Shown here in pieces: positions 48,333 to 58,650 of a stretch of 64,000 bases of DNA. A program made the translations under genes and the position numbers. Origin of the DNA: Candidatus Kaiserbacteria bacterium (GTDB taxonomy: Bacteria > Patescibacteriota > Minisyncoccia > Phycocordibacterales > UBA918); the NCBI GenBank assembly GCA_016204695.1, contig JACQKD010000008.1:33178-97177 (forward strand). The letters are read 5' to 3'. Every line of letters starts with the position of its first letter. Within the stretch, counting starts at the first letter, position 1. A model generated the notes under the pieces. The model ran no database searches. It was not told the origin of the DNA and saw nothing but the letters and a program-made list of their open reading frames with translations.

Positions 48333-49787
48333 ATGGCTATGCAAGAGAAAGCTGGAGGGGGGAAATTTTATATCACCACGACACTGCCGTATGTGAACGC
48401 AAAGCCGCATATCGGCTTTGCGCTGGAAATAGTCCAGGCGGACGTCATCGCTCGATACAAGAAGCTCATGGGCTATGAGGTGTTTTTCAATACCGGCACC
48501 GACGAGCACGGACAGAAGATATACGACAAGGCGCTTGAAGAGGGGAAAGATCCGCAGGCGTATACCGACGAATATGCCGAAAAGTTTCGAGTGCTGAAAG
48601 ACGCACTTGGTCTTGACGGCGAGACGCTTCATTTTATCCGCACCACCGACCCGCATCACAAACACGCGGCGCAGGTTTTTTGGCAGAGGTGTGCGGAAAA
48701 TGGCGATATCTATAAAAAGCTGTACAAAATCAAATACTGCGTCGGTTGCGAGCTTGAAAAAACCGACTCGGAGCTTGAAGACGGACACTGCCCGCTCCAT
48801 CCTTCGCAGGAGCTGCAGGTTCGCGAAGAGGAAAATTACTTCTTCAGATTCTCGAAGTACCAACAGGCGTTGCTCGACCTGTATGCGTCTCGTCCGGACT
48901 TCGTGGTTCCGGATTTCAGACAGAACGAAATCAAACTGTTTGTCGAACGAGGACTTGAGGACTTCAGCATCTCGCGGCTGAAAGAAAAAATGCCGTGGGG
49001 CGTACCGGTGCCCGGAGACGATGAACATGTCATGTATGTGTGGTTTGACGCGCTTATCAACTACATCTCGACGCTCGGCTGGCCGGAGAAAGAAGATTTC
49101 GGCGGCTTTTGGCCCGGCGTCCAGCTCGCGGGGAAGGACAATCTCCGCCAGCAGACGGCGATGTGGCAGGCGATGCTCATGTCGGCAAAGCTCCCAAACT
49201 CGGCACAGATAAAAGTCGGCGGATTCATTACCTCCGGCGGACAAAAGATGTCGAAGTCGCTCGGCAATGTCATCGATCCGCTTGAGCTTGTCGCGGAATA
49301 TGGCACGGAAGCGGTGCGCTATTATCTCATGCGCCACGTGCATCCGTTTGAGGACAGTGACTTTACGATGGAGCGTTTCAAGGAGGCATACAACGCCAAT
49401 CTCGCCAATGGCATCGGCAATCAAGTCGCGCGCGTTATGATGCTTGCACAGACACATCTTGATGCGCCGGTGGAAGTCGAAGAAAGAGGTATCGAAGGTG
49501 CCGTGGGCGAGAAAGTGGAGCGGTACGCGTTTAACGAAGCCATGGACATCATCTTTGAGCATATCCAGAAAGGCGATCTGTATATGCAGGAGCATGAGCC
49601 ATACAAAGCGATCAAGTCAGATGACGTGGCGGTGCGTGCAAAAGCCCAAGAAGACATCATAAAAATGGTACGGCACATTTACCATATCGCCTCTGCGCTC
49701 GAGCCCTTCATGCCCGAAACCGCGGAGAAAATAAAAGCAACCGTCCGCGCAAACGAAAAACCCGAGACATTGTTTGTGCGGAAGTAG
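48333..49787 (+). CDS. metG: Methionine--tRNA ligase (short form)
   Basis: YITTTLPYVNAKPHIG, GTDEHG, YVWFDALINY, KMSKS; start 48333 or 48339. Confidence 0.96.
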   Translation: MAMQEKAGGGKFYITTTLPYVNAKPHIGFALEIVQADVIARYKKLMGYEVFFNTGTDEHGQKIYDKALEEGKDPQAYTDEYAEKFRVLKDALGLDGETLHFIRTTDPHHKHAAQVFWQRCAENGDIYKKLYKIKYCVGCELEKTDSELEDGHCPLHPSQELQVREEENYFFRFSKYQQALLDLYASRPDFVVPDFRQNEIKLFVERGLEDFSISRLKEKMPWGVPVPGDDEHVMYVWFDALINYISTLGWPEKEDFGGFWPGVQLAGKDNLRQQTAMWQAMLMSAKLPNSAQIKVGGFITSGGQKMSKSLGNVIDPLELVAEYGTEAVRYYLMRHVHPFEDSDFTMERFKEAYNANLANGIGNQVARVMMLAQTHLDAPVEVEERGIEGAVGEKVERYAFNEAMDIIFEHIQKGDLYMQEHEPYKAIKSDDVAVRAKAQEDIIKMVRHIYHIASALEPFMPETAEKIKATVRANEKPETLFVRK

Positions 49788-49801
49788 CTGTTTCATATAG
49801 T

Positions 49802-50650
49802 ATGAGGAACTTTGAGTATGTAGATGTTCATACGCATGTCAATTTGGCGGCGTTTAAGGATGACCAGGATGCGGTGACACGGCGCGCGCTTTCTGCGGGA
49901 GTGACGCATATCAATGTGGGAACGCAGAGAGATACGTCGCAAGCGGCGGTTGCGCTCGCGGAAAAGTACGAGGAGGGTGTGTATGCGGCGATTGGTTTGC
50001 ATCCCGTGCATACGTCAAAAAGCTTTCACGACGTGCAGGAGCTTGACTCCGAGCCGACTGCGGATACGAAAGGATTCAACTCTCGCGGCGAAGTCTTCGA
50101 CCAGGATTTTTATAAAAAACTCGCAGGGCATCCGAAAGTGGTCGCAATCGGCGAGTGCGGACTCGACTATTACCGCCTTGAGGAGAATACATCTGCCGTA
50201 CAAAAAGAAGCGTTTGTTTCGCAGATAGAACTTGCAAACGAGGTGGGGAAGCCGCTCATGCTCCATATTCGCTCCGGCTCGGGCGCGAATGCGTATCGCG
50301 ATGCGTACGAGCTTCTCAAGGCGCATGCCAAAGTGCTCGGCAATGTCCATTTTTTCGCCGGTTCCATAGAAGACGCAAAGCGGTTTCTCGATATGGGATA
50401 CACCGTTTCATTCACGGGTGTCATCACATTTACCCATGACTACGACGAGGTCGTCGCATACGCCCCGCTTGATATGCTTCACGCCGAGACCGATGCGCCG
50501 TATGTCACGCCAGTGCCACTGCGCGGAGAGCGCAACGAGCCGTTCAATGTCCAAGAAGTCGTCAAAAAAATCGCCGAAATAAAAAAGATGGATTTTGAAA
50601 GAGTGCGGACGCAACTTCGAAAAAATGCAAAAAGGATATTTAGCATATAG
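49802..50650 (+). CDS. tatD: TatD family hydrolase
   Basis: DVHTH, GLHP, AIGECGLDY, LHIR, ETDAPY. Confidence 0.92.
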   Translation: MRNFEYVDVHTHVNLAAFKDDQDAVTRRALSAGVTHINVGTQRDTSQAAVALAEKYEEGVYAAIGLHPVHTSKSFHDVQELDSEPTADTKGFNSRGEVFDQDFYKKLAGHPKVVAIGECGLDYYRLEENTSAVQKEAFVSQIELANEVGKPLMLHIRSGSGANAYRDAYELLKAHAKVLGNVHFFAGSIEDAKRFLDMGYTVSFTGVITFTHDYDEVVAYAPLDMLHAETDAPYVTPVPLRGERNEPFNVQEVVKKIAEIKKMDFERVRTQLRKNAKRIFSI

Positions 50651-50724
50651 GTCCGGTCGTTACTGTGAAATGAGTAGAGGCAGATCTGGGGGATCTGCCT
50701 CTGGTGACGCGAGGGTGGCGGCAA

Positions 50725-51021
50725 CTACGCTATCCTGCACGAGCACGTCAGATGGGCAAGCACCCCTCCGACTTTTTGTTCGACGACTTTCGCGGTTTCA
50801 ATCCTGTCATGCCATGCTCGCCGACTATCAGACAGTTGTATCCAAACATCGCCTCCTCGGCTATGGAGTGCAGGTATGATCACCAAGTCGGTTTCGGTTT
50901 TTGGTACTCCCGTCACTTCTGTGACAATATCGCTGATGACATCGTCAACGCGAGCGCACGTTCCCTCTAATGCCCTCTGTGCCCTTGGGGACAACAGCAC
51001 TACGATGCTAATCTGTGGCAT
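50725..51021 (-). CDS. Small orphan protein, possibly tautomerase superfamily
   Basis: AAGGAG SD, starts Met-Pro-Gln-Ile, beta-alpha-beta-like pattern. Confidence 0.45.
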   Translation of the reverse strand: MPQISIVVLLSPRAQRALEGTCARVDDVISDIVTEVTGVPKTETDLVIIPALHSRGGDVWIQLSDSRRAWHDRIETAKVVEQKVGGVLAHLTCSCRIA

Positions 51022-51101
51022 GGGCGCGATCTCCTTATGGTCTGTTGAGACTCCACGGTTAGGCAAACTGACTGCGGGGGACTATACACGATATTTGTCC
51101 C

Positions 51102-52004
51102 CTAATCAAAAATCGAGATGAGATATTCGTCGAGGGTGCGCTGGTCGAGGTCATAGAAGTATTGTTCGTCTTCGTGGAGGTCTTTTGCCAAGTCGGTGCC
51201 GACGAAACGCCAGTGCCAGGGTTCAAAAATGTAGTAGGTGTTGTCTTCGGGATAGGAGAGTACAAAGCCGTACTTGTGGGCGTTGCCTTTGAGCCACTCG
51301 TATGCGGGAGTGGTATCGAAGCCCGAGAGCCCGCCGTCGAGATTTTTGGTGGTGAAGTCAATGGTGGTGCCAAGCTGGTGTTCGGAGTACCCTTGGTCGG
51401 CGGAGAAGGTATTTGCGCCCGAGCCGTAGGTGACGCTGTAGGCGGACTTCAAACCTTGTTGCGTTTCAAACGAACGGTATGCGGATACGACCCAGAGGTC
51501 GATATCGTCCTCTTTTGCTTCTGCGATCATATCCTCAAAGAAAGGTACAATCTCGCGCGCGAGGTAAAACTCTTTACTCTCGTCGTACCCGTATGCTTTT
51601 TCGAGCAGGACGAGCTTCTGCGGAGTATAGTGTTCGTTGAGGAAATACACCTTTGAATATTTTTTCAACAGCTCCGGGTCTGTTTTTGAGAGCTTGTCGA
51701 GTTTGCCCACCGTGCCGGTGATTTTTTCGATCTGTCCCGCAAAGGATTCATTCTTCTCTTTTTCGGCGTGGAGCGCTTCCGAGAGCGTATCGCGTTCTTT
51801 GGTCAACGATTCGACCGCTTCGGCAAGACGCTTGTTCTCGTCATGCGCCCCGTGCAACTCGGTGTCTCTGACATCGATCGTATACGTCAGCTCTTGTATG
51901 CTCCTGTATTGGCGATAGGTACCATAGCCGGCGGCAACAAGCGCGAGCCCAAGGAGTATCGACAGCAGGACGACGGGCCGGATATACGAGCGAAACAGTG
52001 CCAT
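51102..52004 (-). CDS. M15B (VanY-like) D,D-carboxypeptidase with coiled coil
   Basis: SAYRS, SEHQLGTTID, EPWHWR; N-terminal TM. Confidence 0.9.
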   Translation of the reverse strand: MALFRSYIRPVVLLSILLGLALVAAGYGTYRQYRSIQELTYTIDVRDTELHGAHDENKRLAEAVESLTKERDTLSEALHAEKEKNESFAGQIEKITGTVGKLDKLSKTDPELLKKYSKVYFLNEHYTPQKLVLLEKAYGYDESKEFYLAREIVPFFEDMIAEAKEDDIDLWVVSAYRSFETQQGLKSAYSVTYGSGANTFSADQGYSEHQLGTTIDFTTKNLDGGLSGFDTTPAYEWLKGNAHKYGFVLSYPEDNTYYIFEPWHWRFVGTDLAKDLHEDEQYFYDLDQRTLDEYLISIFD

Positions 52005-52093
52005 AACACCTCCAGTCTAGCATGGCCCGCGACTTCCCAACGGTCGGGTTCTATGGTACGGTACTCCCACTTATTAGCAGATAAGATATACAG

Positions 52094-52624
52094 ATGGACG
52101 AAGAAAATATACCGGCAACCGAGGCACAGGGAGATGAGCAAGCCGATGAGGCCGCTCACTACGAATGTGCTTTCCACATACTTCCAACGGTTGCCGATGG
52201 GGAAGTTTCCGTCGTGGTGGATGCGTTAAAGGCCATCGTGACCCATGCGGGCGGCACGGTGACCCACGACGAAATAGTGCCGCGTTATGATCTTGCGTAT
52301 GAGATTATAAAGTCGGTTGACGGTGTCAGCCGGCGCTTCAATGCGGCGCATTTCGGATGGATGCGTTTTACAGTTGCGCCTGCGGCGCTTCCGGGTATTA
52401 CCGAAGAATATGCGCGCCGGCCGGAAATCCTGCGGCACCTTGTCATAAAACTTACGCGGGAAGAGGTCGAAAAGCCTTTTTCTCTCGTGGATCTGCATAA
52501 ACCCGAGGGGGAGCCGGCGGGGGATGGAACATCGGGACATGAGGATGCGGAAGCGGTCGTCGTGTCTACGGAAGGAACATCGGAAGAGTCACGAGAGAAA
52601 GTTCAAGGGGAAGATGTTGCCTAG
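52094..52624 (+). CDS. rpsF: 30S ribosomal protein S6 with acidic extensions
   Basis: YECAFHILP..LAYEI..EILRHLVIK; upstream of ssb-rpsR. Confidence 0.85.
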   Translation: MDEENIPATEAQGDEQADEAAHYECAFHILPTVADGEVSVVVDALKAIVTHAGGTVTHDEIVPRYDLAYEIIKSVDGVSRRFNAAHFGWMRFTVAPAALPGITEEYARRPEILRHLVIKLTREEVEKPFSLVDLHKPEGEPAGDGTSGHEDAEAVVVSTEGTSEESREKVQGEDVA

Positions 52625-52694
52625 CGCGCCCCAATGTATACTATGGGGTATAGTATAAGGATACGTTGTTTATACACCTCACTCATCACACGCT

Positions 52695-53153
52695 ATGTAT
52701 CTGAACAAAGTGCTTATTTACGGCAATCTTACCCGCGATCCTGAAGTGAAGTCGCTTCCGAGCGGCACGCAGGTCTGCTCGTTCTCGCTTGCGACCAATC
52801 GCGTATATAAGGACAAAGATGGGCAAAAACAGGAGGCGGTCGAGTATCACAATGTCGTCGCGTTTGCCCGCCCGGCCGAGCTTATCGGTCAATACATGAA
52901 GAAGGGTCGCCCGCTCTTTGTCGAAGGACGGCTTCAAACTCGCTCGTGGGACAAGGACGGCCAGAAGCAGTACCGCACCGAAATTGTCGTGGACAACTTC
53001 CAGTTTGGCGATGGCGGCTCCGGCCGCGGCGGTGCGACGGGGGGCGATAGCGCTCCTCGTACGAGCGAGAAAGAGAATGCGGGCGCTCCCGCCGACGGCG
53101 GCCCGGTGGACTATCCTGAAGAAGAGATAAACCCTGACGATATCCCGTTCTAG
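52695..53153 (+). CDS. ssb: Single-stranded DNA-binding protein
   Basis: LNKVLIYGNLTRDPE, VEGRLQTRSW, DDIPF tail. Confidence 0.98.
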   Translation: MYLNKVLIYGNLTRDPEVKSLPSGTQVCSFSLATNRVYKDKDGQKQEAVEYHNVVAFARPAELIGQYMKKGRPLFVEGRLQTRSWDKDGQKQYRTEIVVDNFQFGDGGSGRGGATGGDSAPRTSEKENAGAPADGGPVDYPEEEINPDDIPF

Positions 53154-53184
53154 GAGAATGATAAAAATTTCATTAGACAGACAC

Positions 53185-53409
53185 ATGGCAACAGAAAAAG
53201 AAAATCAGAATAAAGAAACGAAAAGCAACATGCGCGGCGAACTTCATTTCGACTACAAGAATGTCGTTCTGCTTGAGGAATACATCAATCCGCATGCGCG
53301 AATCCTCTCGCGTCGGCGTACACAGCTCTCGGCGCGCAAACAGCGCGAATTGGCGACCGCCATCAAACGCGCCCGCTTCATGGCGCTCATGCCGTATAGC
53401 GCACGATAG
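53185..53409 (+). CDS. rpsR: 30S ribosomal protein S18
   Basis: DYKNV..ILSRRRT..QRELATAIKRARFMALMPY. Confidence 0.95.
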   Translation: MATEKENQNKETKSNMRGELHFDYKNVVLLEEYINPHARILSRRRTQLSARKQRELATAIKRARFMALMPYSAR

Positions 53410-53426
53410 AGGTCGAGGAAGATACG

Positions 53427-53458
53427 AAAACAGGCGCGGCGAAAGCCGCGCCTGTTTT
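53427..53458. terminator. Bidirectional terminator
   Basis: AAAACAGGCGCGGC-GAAA-GCCGCGCCTGTTTT. Confidence 0.8.
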
Positions 53459-53484
53459 TAGATTCTCAATCCGGTTCTTTCAAT

Positions 53485-54060
53485 CTAACTCTTCGATATG
53501 CGCTCGGTATATTCGTCAGTCTCGGTATTGATGCGGATGACGTCGCCTTGATTGATGAACATGGGGACCATGATCGTGGCGCCGGTTTCGAGCACAACTT
53601 CCTTTGTGGCGCCCTGGGCGGTGTTGCCCTTGGTCGCAGGGTCGGCTTCCGTGACCATAAGCTCCATCTTGATCGGTAGTGTTACGCCGATAATCTCGTC
53701 ATTGTAGACGATTGCGGTCACTTCGCTTTTCGGCTTCAAATACTTGCCGGCGGGGCCGACGAGATCTTCGGCAAGAGAAAATCGTTTTGACGGGTCGTCC
53801 GGTTCGCAGAAAAAGTACTCGCCGCGGTTTCCGTAGAGGAAGGTGATGGGGCGGTCGGAGATATCCGCTTCCCGCACGCTCTCATTCTGATGAAATGTCT
53901 GCTCGATGAATTTGCCCGATTTCAGGCCCTTGAGCTTTGTCTGATTGACCGGTTTGCGCTGTTGTTTGCGGAAGACGTGCGCGGACACCACGACAAAAGG
54001 TTCGTCATTGTGGATAATAACTTTCTTCGGGAGTATTTCGTTGTATGCGAGCATGGCCAT
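53485..54060 (-). CDS. efp: Elongation factor P (divergent)
   Basis: KGNTAQGATK..LETG..VPMFINQGDVIRINTETDEYTER. Confidence 0.9.
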   Translation of the reverse strand: MAMLAYNEILPKKVIIHNDEPFVVVSAHVFRKQQRKPVNQTKLKGLKSGKFIEQTFHQNESVREADISDRPITFLYGNRGEYFFCEPDDPSKRFSLAEDLVGPAGKYLKPKSEVTAIVYNDEIIGVTLPIKMELMVTEADPATKGNTAQGATKEVVLETGATIMVPMFINQGDVIRINTETDEYTERISKS

Positions 54061-54091
54061 GGGAATATTTTTACACAGAAAGACACACTAT

Positions 54092-54196
54092 CACATTCCG
54101 CTGAAAATCGCGATCCGCGTTGTTGCGGAGCCTTGGTCGCCGTATTATTCATGCGTCTTCCGCGCCTAGCGGCCCATCGGTTTTCATCGGGGGTGT
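54092..54196. repeat. Family B element, shortened copy
   Basis: CGCGTTGTTGCGGAGCCT.GGTCGCCGTATTATTCAT.CGTCTTCCGCGCCTAGC with an imperfect outer IR. Confidence 0.65.
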
Positions 54197-54201
54197 CGCC
54201 G

Positions 54202-55257
54202 CTACTCTTTTTTCAGCTCTACTCGGATTTCTTTCAAAAGTTGGTCGCCGACTTTCTTGTTCTCGCGGAGATAGGTGCGCGCGGCATCGTATCCGCGGCC
54301 GAGTTTGTGTTCGCCGTAGTTGTAGGACGATCCTGATTTGCCGACCAACTTGAATTTTTCGCCGAGTGCGAGGAGCTCGCCTTCGCGGCTGATGCCTTCG
54401 TTGTAGATGAGGTCAAACTCGGTGGATTGGAATGGCGCGGCGACTTTGTTTTTTACCACTTTCACGCGGTGCCGCCCGCCGACCACCTCATCGCCTTTTT
54501 TGATCTGCGCGATGCGACGGATGTCGAGACGCACCGATGTGTAAAATTTGAGCGCCTTGCCGCCCGGCGTGGTCTCGGGATTGCCGAACATCACGCCGAT
54601 CTGCATGCGGATCTGATTGATGAAAATAACGACTGTCTTTGTTTTGGATACGATCGCCGTGAGCTTGCGTAACGCTTGCGACATAAGCCGCGCCTGCTTG
54701 CCGACATGGTGCGCGCCCATTTCGCCTTCGATTTCGTCTTTCGGGGTAAGCGCGGCGACCGAGTCGATGACGACGACATCGACCTTGCCCGATCGCACGA
54801 GTGACTCGACGATTTCAAGCGCCTGCTCGCCGGTGTCCGGCTGTGAGATCAAAAGTTCCTCGATTTTCACTCCGATTTTTTTCGCGTATTCCGGGTCGAG
54901 CGCATGCTCGGCGTCGATAAACGCGCAGATGCCTCCGGCGCGCTGGGCCTCCGCGATCACGTGGAGGGTGAGCGTGGTTTTCCCCGACGCTTCCGGTCCG
55001 AATATCTCGATGACGCGCCCGCGGGGAAGTCCGCCGATGCCGAGTGCGTCATCAAGACCGATCGAACCGGTAGGGATCGCATCGACGTCCACCTTCTGCT
55101 GATCGCCGAGCATCATCATTGCTTCGTCGCCGAATTTCGTCTTGATGCTCCGCAGGGTTTCCGCGATGTCCGCGATACTGCGTCTCGGTTCAGAGACACC
55201 CTCTGCATTCGCAACAACGGGGTCTTTTGGTTTCGGCATGGTTTTTTTCGGTGCCAT
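54202..55257 (-). CDS. recA: Recombinase A
   Basis: [47 protein letters not shown]. Confidence 0.99.
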   Translation of the reverse strand: MAPKKTMPKPKDPVVANAEGVSEPRRSIADIAETLRSIKTKFGDEAMMMLGDQQKVDVDAIPTGSIGLDDALGIGGLPRGRVIEIFGPEASGKTTLTLHVIAEAQRAGGICAFIDAEHALDPEYAKKIGVKIEELLISQPDTGEQALEIVESLVRSGKVDVVVIDSVAALTPKDEIEGEMGAHHVGKQARLMSQALRKLTAIVSKTKTVVIFINQIRMQIGVMFGNPETTPGGKALKFYTSVRLDIRRIAQIKKGDEVVGGRHRVKVVKNKVAAPFQSTEFDLIYNEGISREGELLALGEKFKLVGKSGSSYNYGEHKLGRGYDAARTYLRENKKVGDQLLKEIRVELKKE

Positions 55258-55277
55258 AGAAGTACTGTTAGAGATGA

Positions 55278-55658
55278 TTAACGCTCGTCCGCGCTACTGT
55301 ATGCCGGTGCATACACGAGTGCCTGTTCAAGTGTTTTTTTGCGGCCATAGCGGTCCTTTGCGCGCAACGTCAGTATAGTATACCCGTTTTCGAGCACCAA
55401 CGCTTCTTGAAAATGGCCCTCGTCGTCGGTAAATATCGGTCGATCGTTGAGGGTGATCGTCGTCACGTTGCGGGCCGTGCCGCTCACGGTCGTCACGCGG
55501 CCGCTTTGCGCAACCGGCATGGGATCAAGGGTGAGTGCGGGACCGGTGATCAACGGCCATGCCTGGAAGACGATGTACCACCCGAGCGCGGCTGTCGCGG
55601 CCGCGCCGGCAAGCCACTTCAAGAGGCGTCCGAGTGTGTACGAACGGTATGTACTCAT
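55278..55658 (-). CDS. Membrane-anchored single Ig-like domain protein
   Basis: TM then [31 protein letters not shown]; overlaps the ftsK stop. Confidence 0.7.
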   Translation of the reverse strand: MSTYRSYTLGRLLKWLAGAAATAALGWYIVFQAWPLITGPALTLDPMPVAQSGRVTTVSGTARNVTTITLNDRPIFTDDEGHFQEALVLENGYTILTLRAKDRYGRKKTLEQALVYAPAYSSADER

Positions 55659-57784
55659 ACGGTGTTTCCCGCGTCGTCCTCACCCGGGGCCCGCAGGACT
55701 TCCCTCGGTCGTCCGCCGTCGGCCGGCCCGATCACGCCTCGTTCTTCGAGGAGGTCGACGAGTCGTGCCGCGCGCGAGTAGCCGATCCGCAGACGGCGCT
55801 GGAGGTAGGATGTCGAGGCCTTCCCGGCTTCGGTAACGAGACCTTTCGCTTCTTCGTACAGGTCGTCATCATCGTCATCGGCGACCGACGAGAAAAACGC
55901 ATCCGCCTCCACAGGATCTTTGCCGGCGCCCGAGAGATCAATCGCGTCGAGCTCCTGGGCGTCGTGCTGTTTGCGCAGGTACTCCGTGACTTTCTTGACT
56001 TCTCCTTCGGAAAGAAAGGCTGATTGGATACGCTTGGGCTTCGACATCTCGCCGGAGAGGTACAGCATGTCGCCCGCCCCCAGCAGTTTTTCCGCGCCCG
56101 TTTGATCGAGAATCGTGCGGGAGTCGATCTGCGATGCGACCTGCAGTGCGAGCCGAGTGGGGATATTGGCCTTGATCAGGCCGGTGATGACATTGACCGA
56201 TGGGCGTTGTGTCGAGAGCATGAGATGTATGCCGACCGCGCGGCTCATCTGTGCGAGCCGGACGACACATGCTTCAAGTTCGCGCGGATACGCTTGCATG
56301 ATATCGGCGAGTTCGTCGATGATAATGACGATGTACGGCAGGGGCTCGGGCATGTCCTCCGGCCCCTGCCCCTTCCGCGTCGCGTCGCGCGCGGGAAAAT
56401 AGACCGTCTCATGGTACGAGGCGAGATCGCGCACCCGTTCCGACTGGAGGATGTCGTATCGCCGTTCCATTTCTTTTGCCGCCCATTTGAGCGCGAGGAT
56501 GGTCTTCTTGGCATCGGTGATCACGGGGGTGAGAAGATGCGGGATGCCGTTGTAGAGCGTAAGCTCGACTCGCTTCGGGTCGACCATAATGAAGCGCAGT
56601 TGTTCGGGAGAATTGCGAAAGAGGAGCGAGGTTACGAGTGAGTGGATGGTCACCGACTTTCCGGACCCGGTGGTACCGGCGATGAGGATATGCGGCATCT
56701 GTGCGACATTTGCGAAGATGGCGCTCCCGGCGATGTCTTTGCCGAGCGCGACAAGGAGCGGCTTGGGCGAGTCCGTATATTCCGGAGAAGACAGGAGGGA
56801 CGCGAGACCCACCATCGACTTGGTCGTATTCGGCACTTCGATGCCGACGAGCGATTTTCCCGGTATCGGCGCTTCGATACGGACGGGGTGCGCCGCGAGC
56901 GCAAGCTCAAGGTTGTTTTGCAGGCCGACGATCTTTGAGATACGGACGCCCTCGGCGGGCTTCAGGGCATAACGGGTAACGGACGGTCCGATAGAGACCT
57001 CGTCCATCTCCACTTCGATATTGAAATTTTGGAGGGTGCGCTTGATGATGTTGGCGCTCGCTTTGACGTCGCCCACCCGCGCCGTACCTTTGTCTTTTTC
57101 AAGCAGGGAGAGAGGGGGAGGATCGTACGGACCGTAAAAATGGGACACCGCGAATGCGCCGCGCTTCCGTGATGCCGTATCAACCGCTTCCGGGATGTTT
57201 CCCCGTTGTTCGGGCGCTTCTTCCTCCGACGAGGGTATCGCCTGGTGAATGATCGGCTCGTCTATGATTGTCGGAGGCGCGGCCGGTTCATCTGTTTTTT
57301 CTTTTATGCCGAAACGGGGGACGGTAATGCCGATATTGAATGTAAGGAAGAGGCCGATGAGGGCGAGAGCGGAAAGGATAACGCTTGACGCGAGCGGACC
57401 GAGGAGGAAAGAAAAAGGCTTCGCGAAGATCATGCCGCCGATGCCGCCGGCGTGCGCGTCATAGAGACTCAACAAGCCGAGTAAGGCGAAGAACAGTAGG
57501 GCGACTCCCGCGATCTTTGCAATACCGACCTGCTCTTCCTCACGCGGATGCAGGAGTATGAACACATAGAGTGCGCAGGCTACCGGTGCGAGGAAAAATC
57601 CGACACCAAAAAGGTATCGCAGGGCGGTGTGAGCCATTTCTCCGGCGACTCCGGCGAGATCGAACGACGAGAGTATAAAAAAGATGCCAAGTACCACGAA
57701 CACGACGGCGGCTATCGCTTGTCGTGCGGCGGGCGCCACATCCTCAAAATAATTTTTTCGATACTGCTTCTTTCGGCGCGCCAT
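55655..57784 (-). CDS. ftsK: DNA translocase FtsK/SpoIIIE
   Basis: N-terminal TMs, RIEAPIPGK, HILIAGTTGSGKS, DPKRVEL, IDELAD, gamma domain LQRRLRIGYSRAARL. Confidence 0.97.
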   Translation of the reverse strand: MARRKKQYRKNYFEDVAPAARQAIAAVVFVVLGIFFILSSFDLAGVAGEMAHTALRYLFGVGFFLAPVACALYVFILLHPREEEQVGIAKIAGVALLFFALLGLLSLYDAHAGGIGGMIFAKPFSFLLGPLASSVILSALALIGLFLTFNIGITVPRFGIKEKTDEPAAPPTIIDEPIIHQAIPSSEEEAPEQRGNIPEAVDTASRKRGAFAVSHFYGPYDPPPLSLLEKDKGTARVGDVKASANIIKRTLQNFNIEVEMDEVSIGPSVTRYALKPAEGVRISKIVGLQNNLELALAAHPVRIEAPIPGKSLVGIEVPNTTKSMVGLASLLSSPEYTDSPKPLLVALGKDIAGSAIFANVAQMPHILIAGTTGSGKSVTIHSLVTSLLFRNSPEQLRFIMVDPKRVELTLYNGIPHLLTPVITDAKKTILALKWAAKEMERRYDILQSERVRDLASYHETVYFPARDATRKGQGPEDMPEPLPYIVIIIDELADIMQAYPRELEACVVRLAQMSRAVGIHLMLSTQRPSVNVITGLIKANIPTRLALQVASQIDSRTILDQTGAEKLLGAGDMLYLSGEMSKPKRIQSAFLSEGEVKKVTEYLRKQHDAQELDAIDLSGAGKDPVEADAFFSSVADDDDDDLYEEAKGLVTEAGKASTSYLQRRLRIGYSRAARLVDLLEERGVIGPADGGRPREVLRAPGEDDAGNTV

Positions 57785-57889
57785 GCGTGTGTAATATACA
57801 GGACAATACTAGCATGCCGTTCGATGGCGCGTCCCATAAAAATTCACAATGTACAGAAACACCTTCGAGGAGTATAGTACACGGAATAA

Positions 57890-58650
57890 TGTCTTTTAGA
57901 CTAAAGGACGTATGGATATAAAAAGAGGAATCAGCTTTTATAAATCGGACAACCTGTTGCTTTCAGACAGTGCCTATTATAAATATATTTTCAAAAAGAC
58001 AGAAAAAATAGTTTGTACTGTCTTTTATATTGTTGAACACTCCGATAAAGGACAAGATAATACTGCGTCAGTGTCCTTTATAGAATCGGCCAAGCGAACG
58101 CTTGATGCGGTGTTGAAGACGCTTTCGATCTCATCGTTTTCCGCCTATCAAGACCTCTACGCCTTTCTTCATGCGCTGGTGTCGCTTGAAAGCGCCACAA
58201 GAGTGGCACAGGCTACCGGGGTGCTGTCTGCAGAGATTGCGGACCTCCTGTCGCTTGAGATAAGCACGGTCGCCCGCGCAGTGCGACAGTATATCGCTCT
58301 CGAACGGAGCGACGCTCCCGGCATTGATTCATTTGGCGGTCTGGCCGCGGAGCCGGCGTCGACGATTGTCGGACGACCGGAGCGCGATCGCGCGAGAAGC
58401 GCGCAAGAACGCATGTACGATACTTCTCGCACACCCTCGATGACGTCGGTACAGAAGGGTCCGACTCCAAAAGAACAGACTTCATATAAAGGACAACATC
58501 TGGAACGGCGCAATGCCATAAAGGACATCTTGGCGTCTAAAGGACAATCAACTATAAAGGACATATGCGAAAAAATGCCTGAATATAAAGAAAAAACGAT
58601 ACAGAGGGAAGTTATATCCATGATAAAGGACGGTTTGATTGTAAAGGACG
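57890..58650. repeat. Cluster of TAAAGGAC octamers
   Basis: Exact copies at 57902, 58046, 58073 (minus), 58487, 58519, 58538, 58555, 58624, 58642; TAAAAGAC variants on minus at 57891 and 58020. Confidence 0.8.

Noticed and set aside
54202-55257. Inteins or introns in recA or nrdA
   Set aside because: Both have normal length and contiguous motifs with no splicing signatures.
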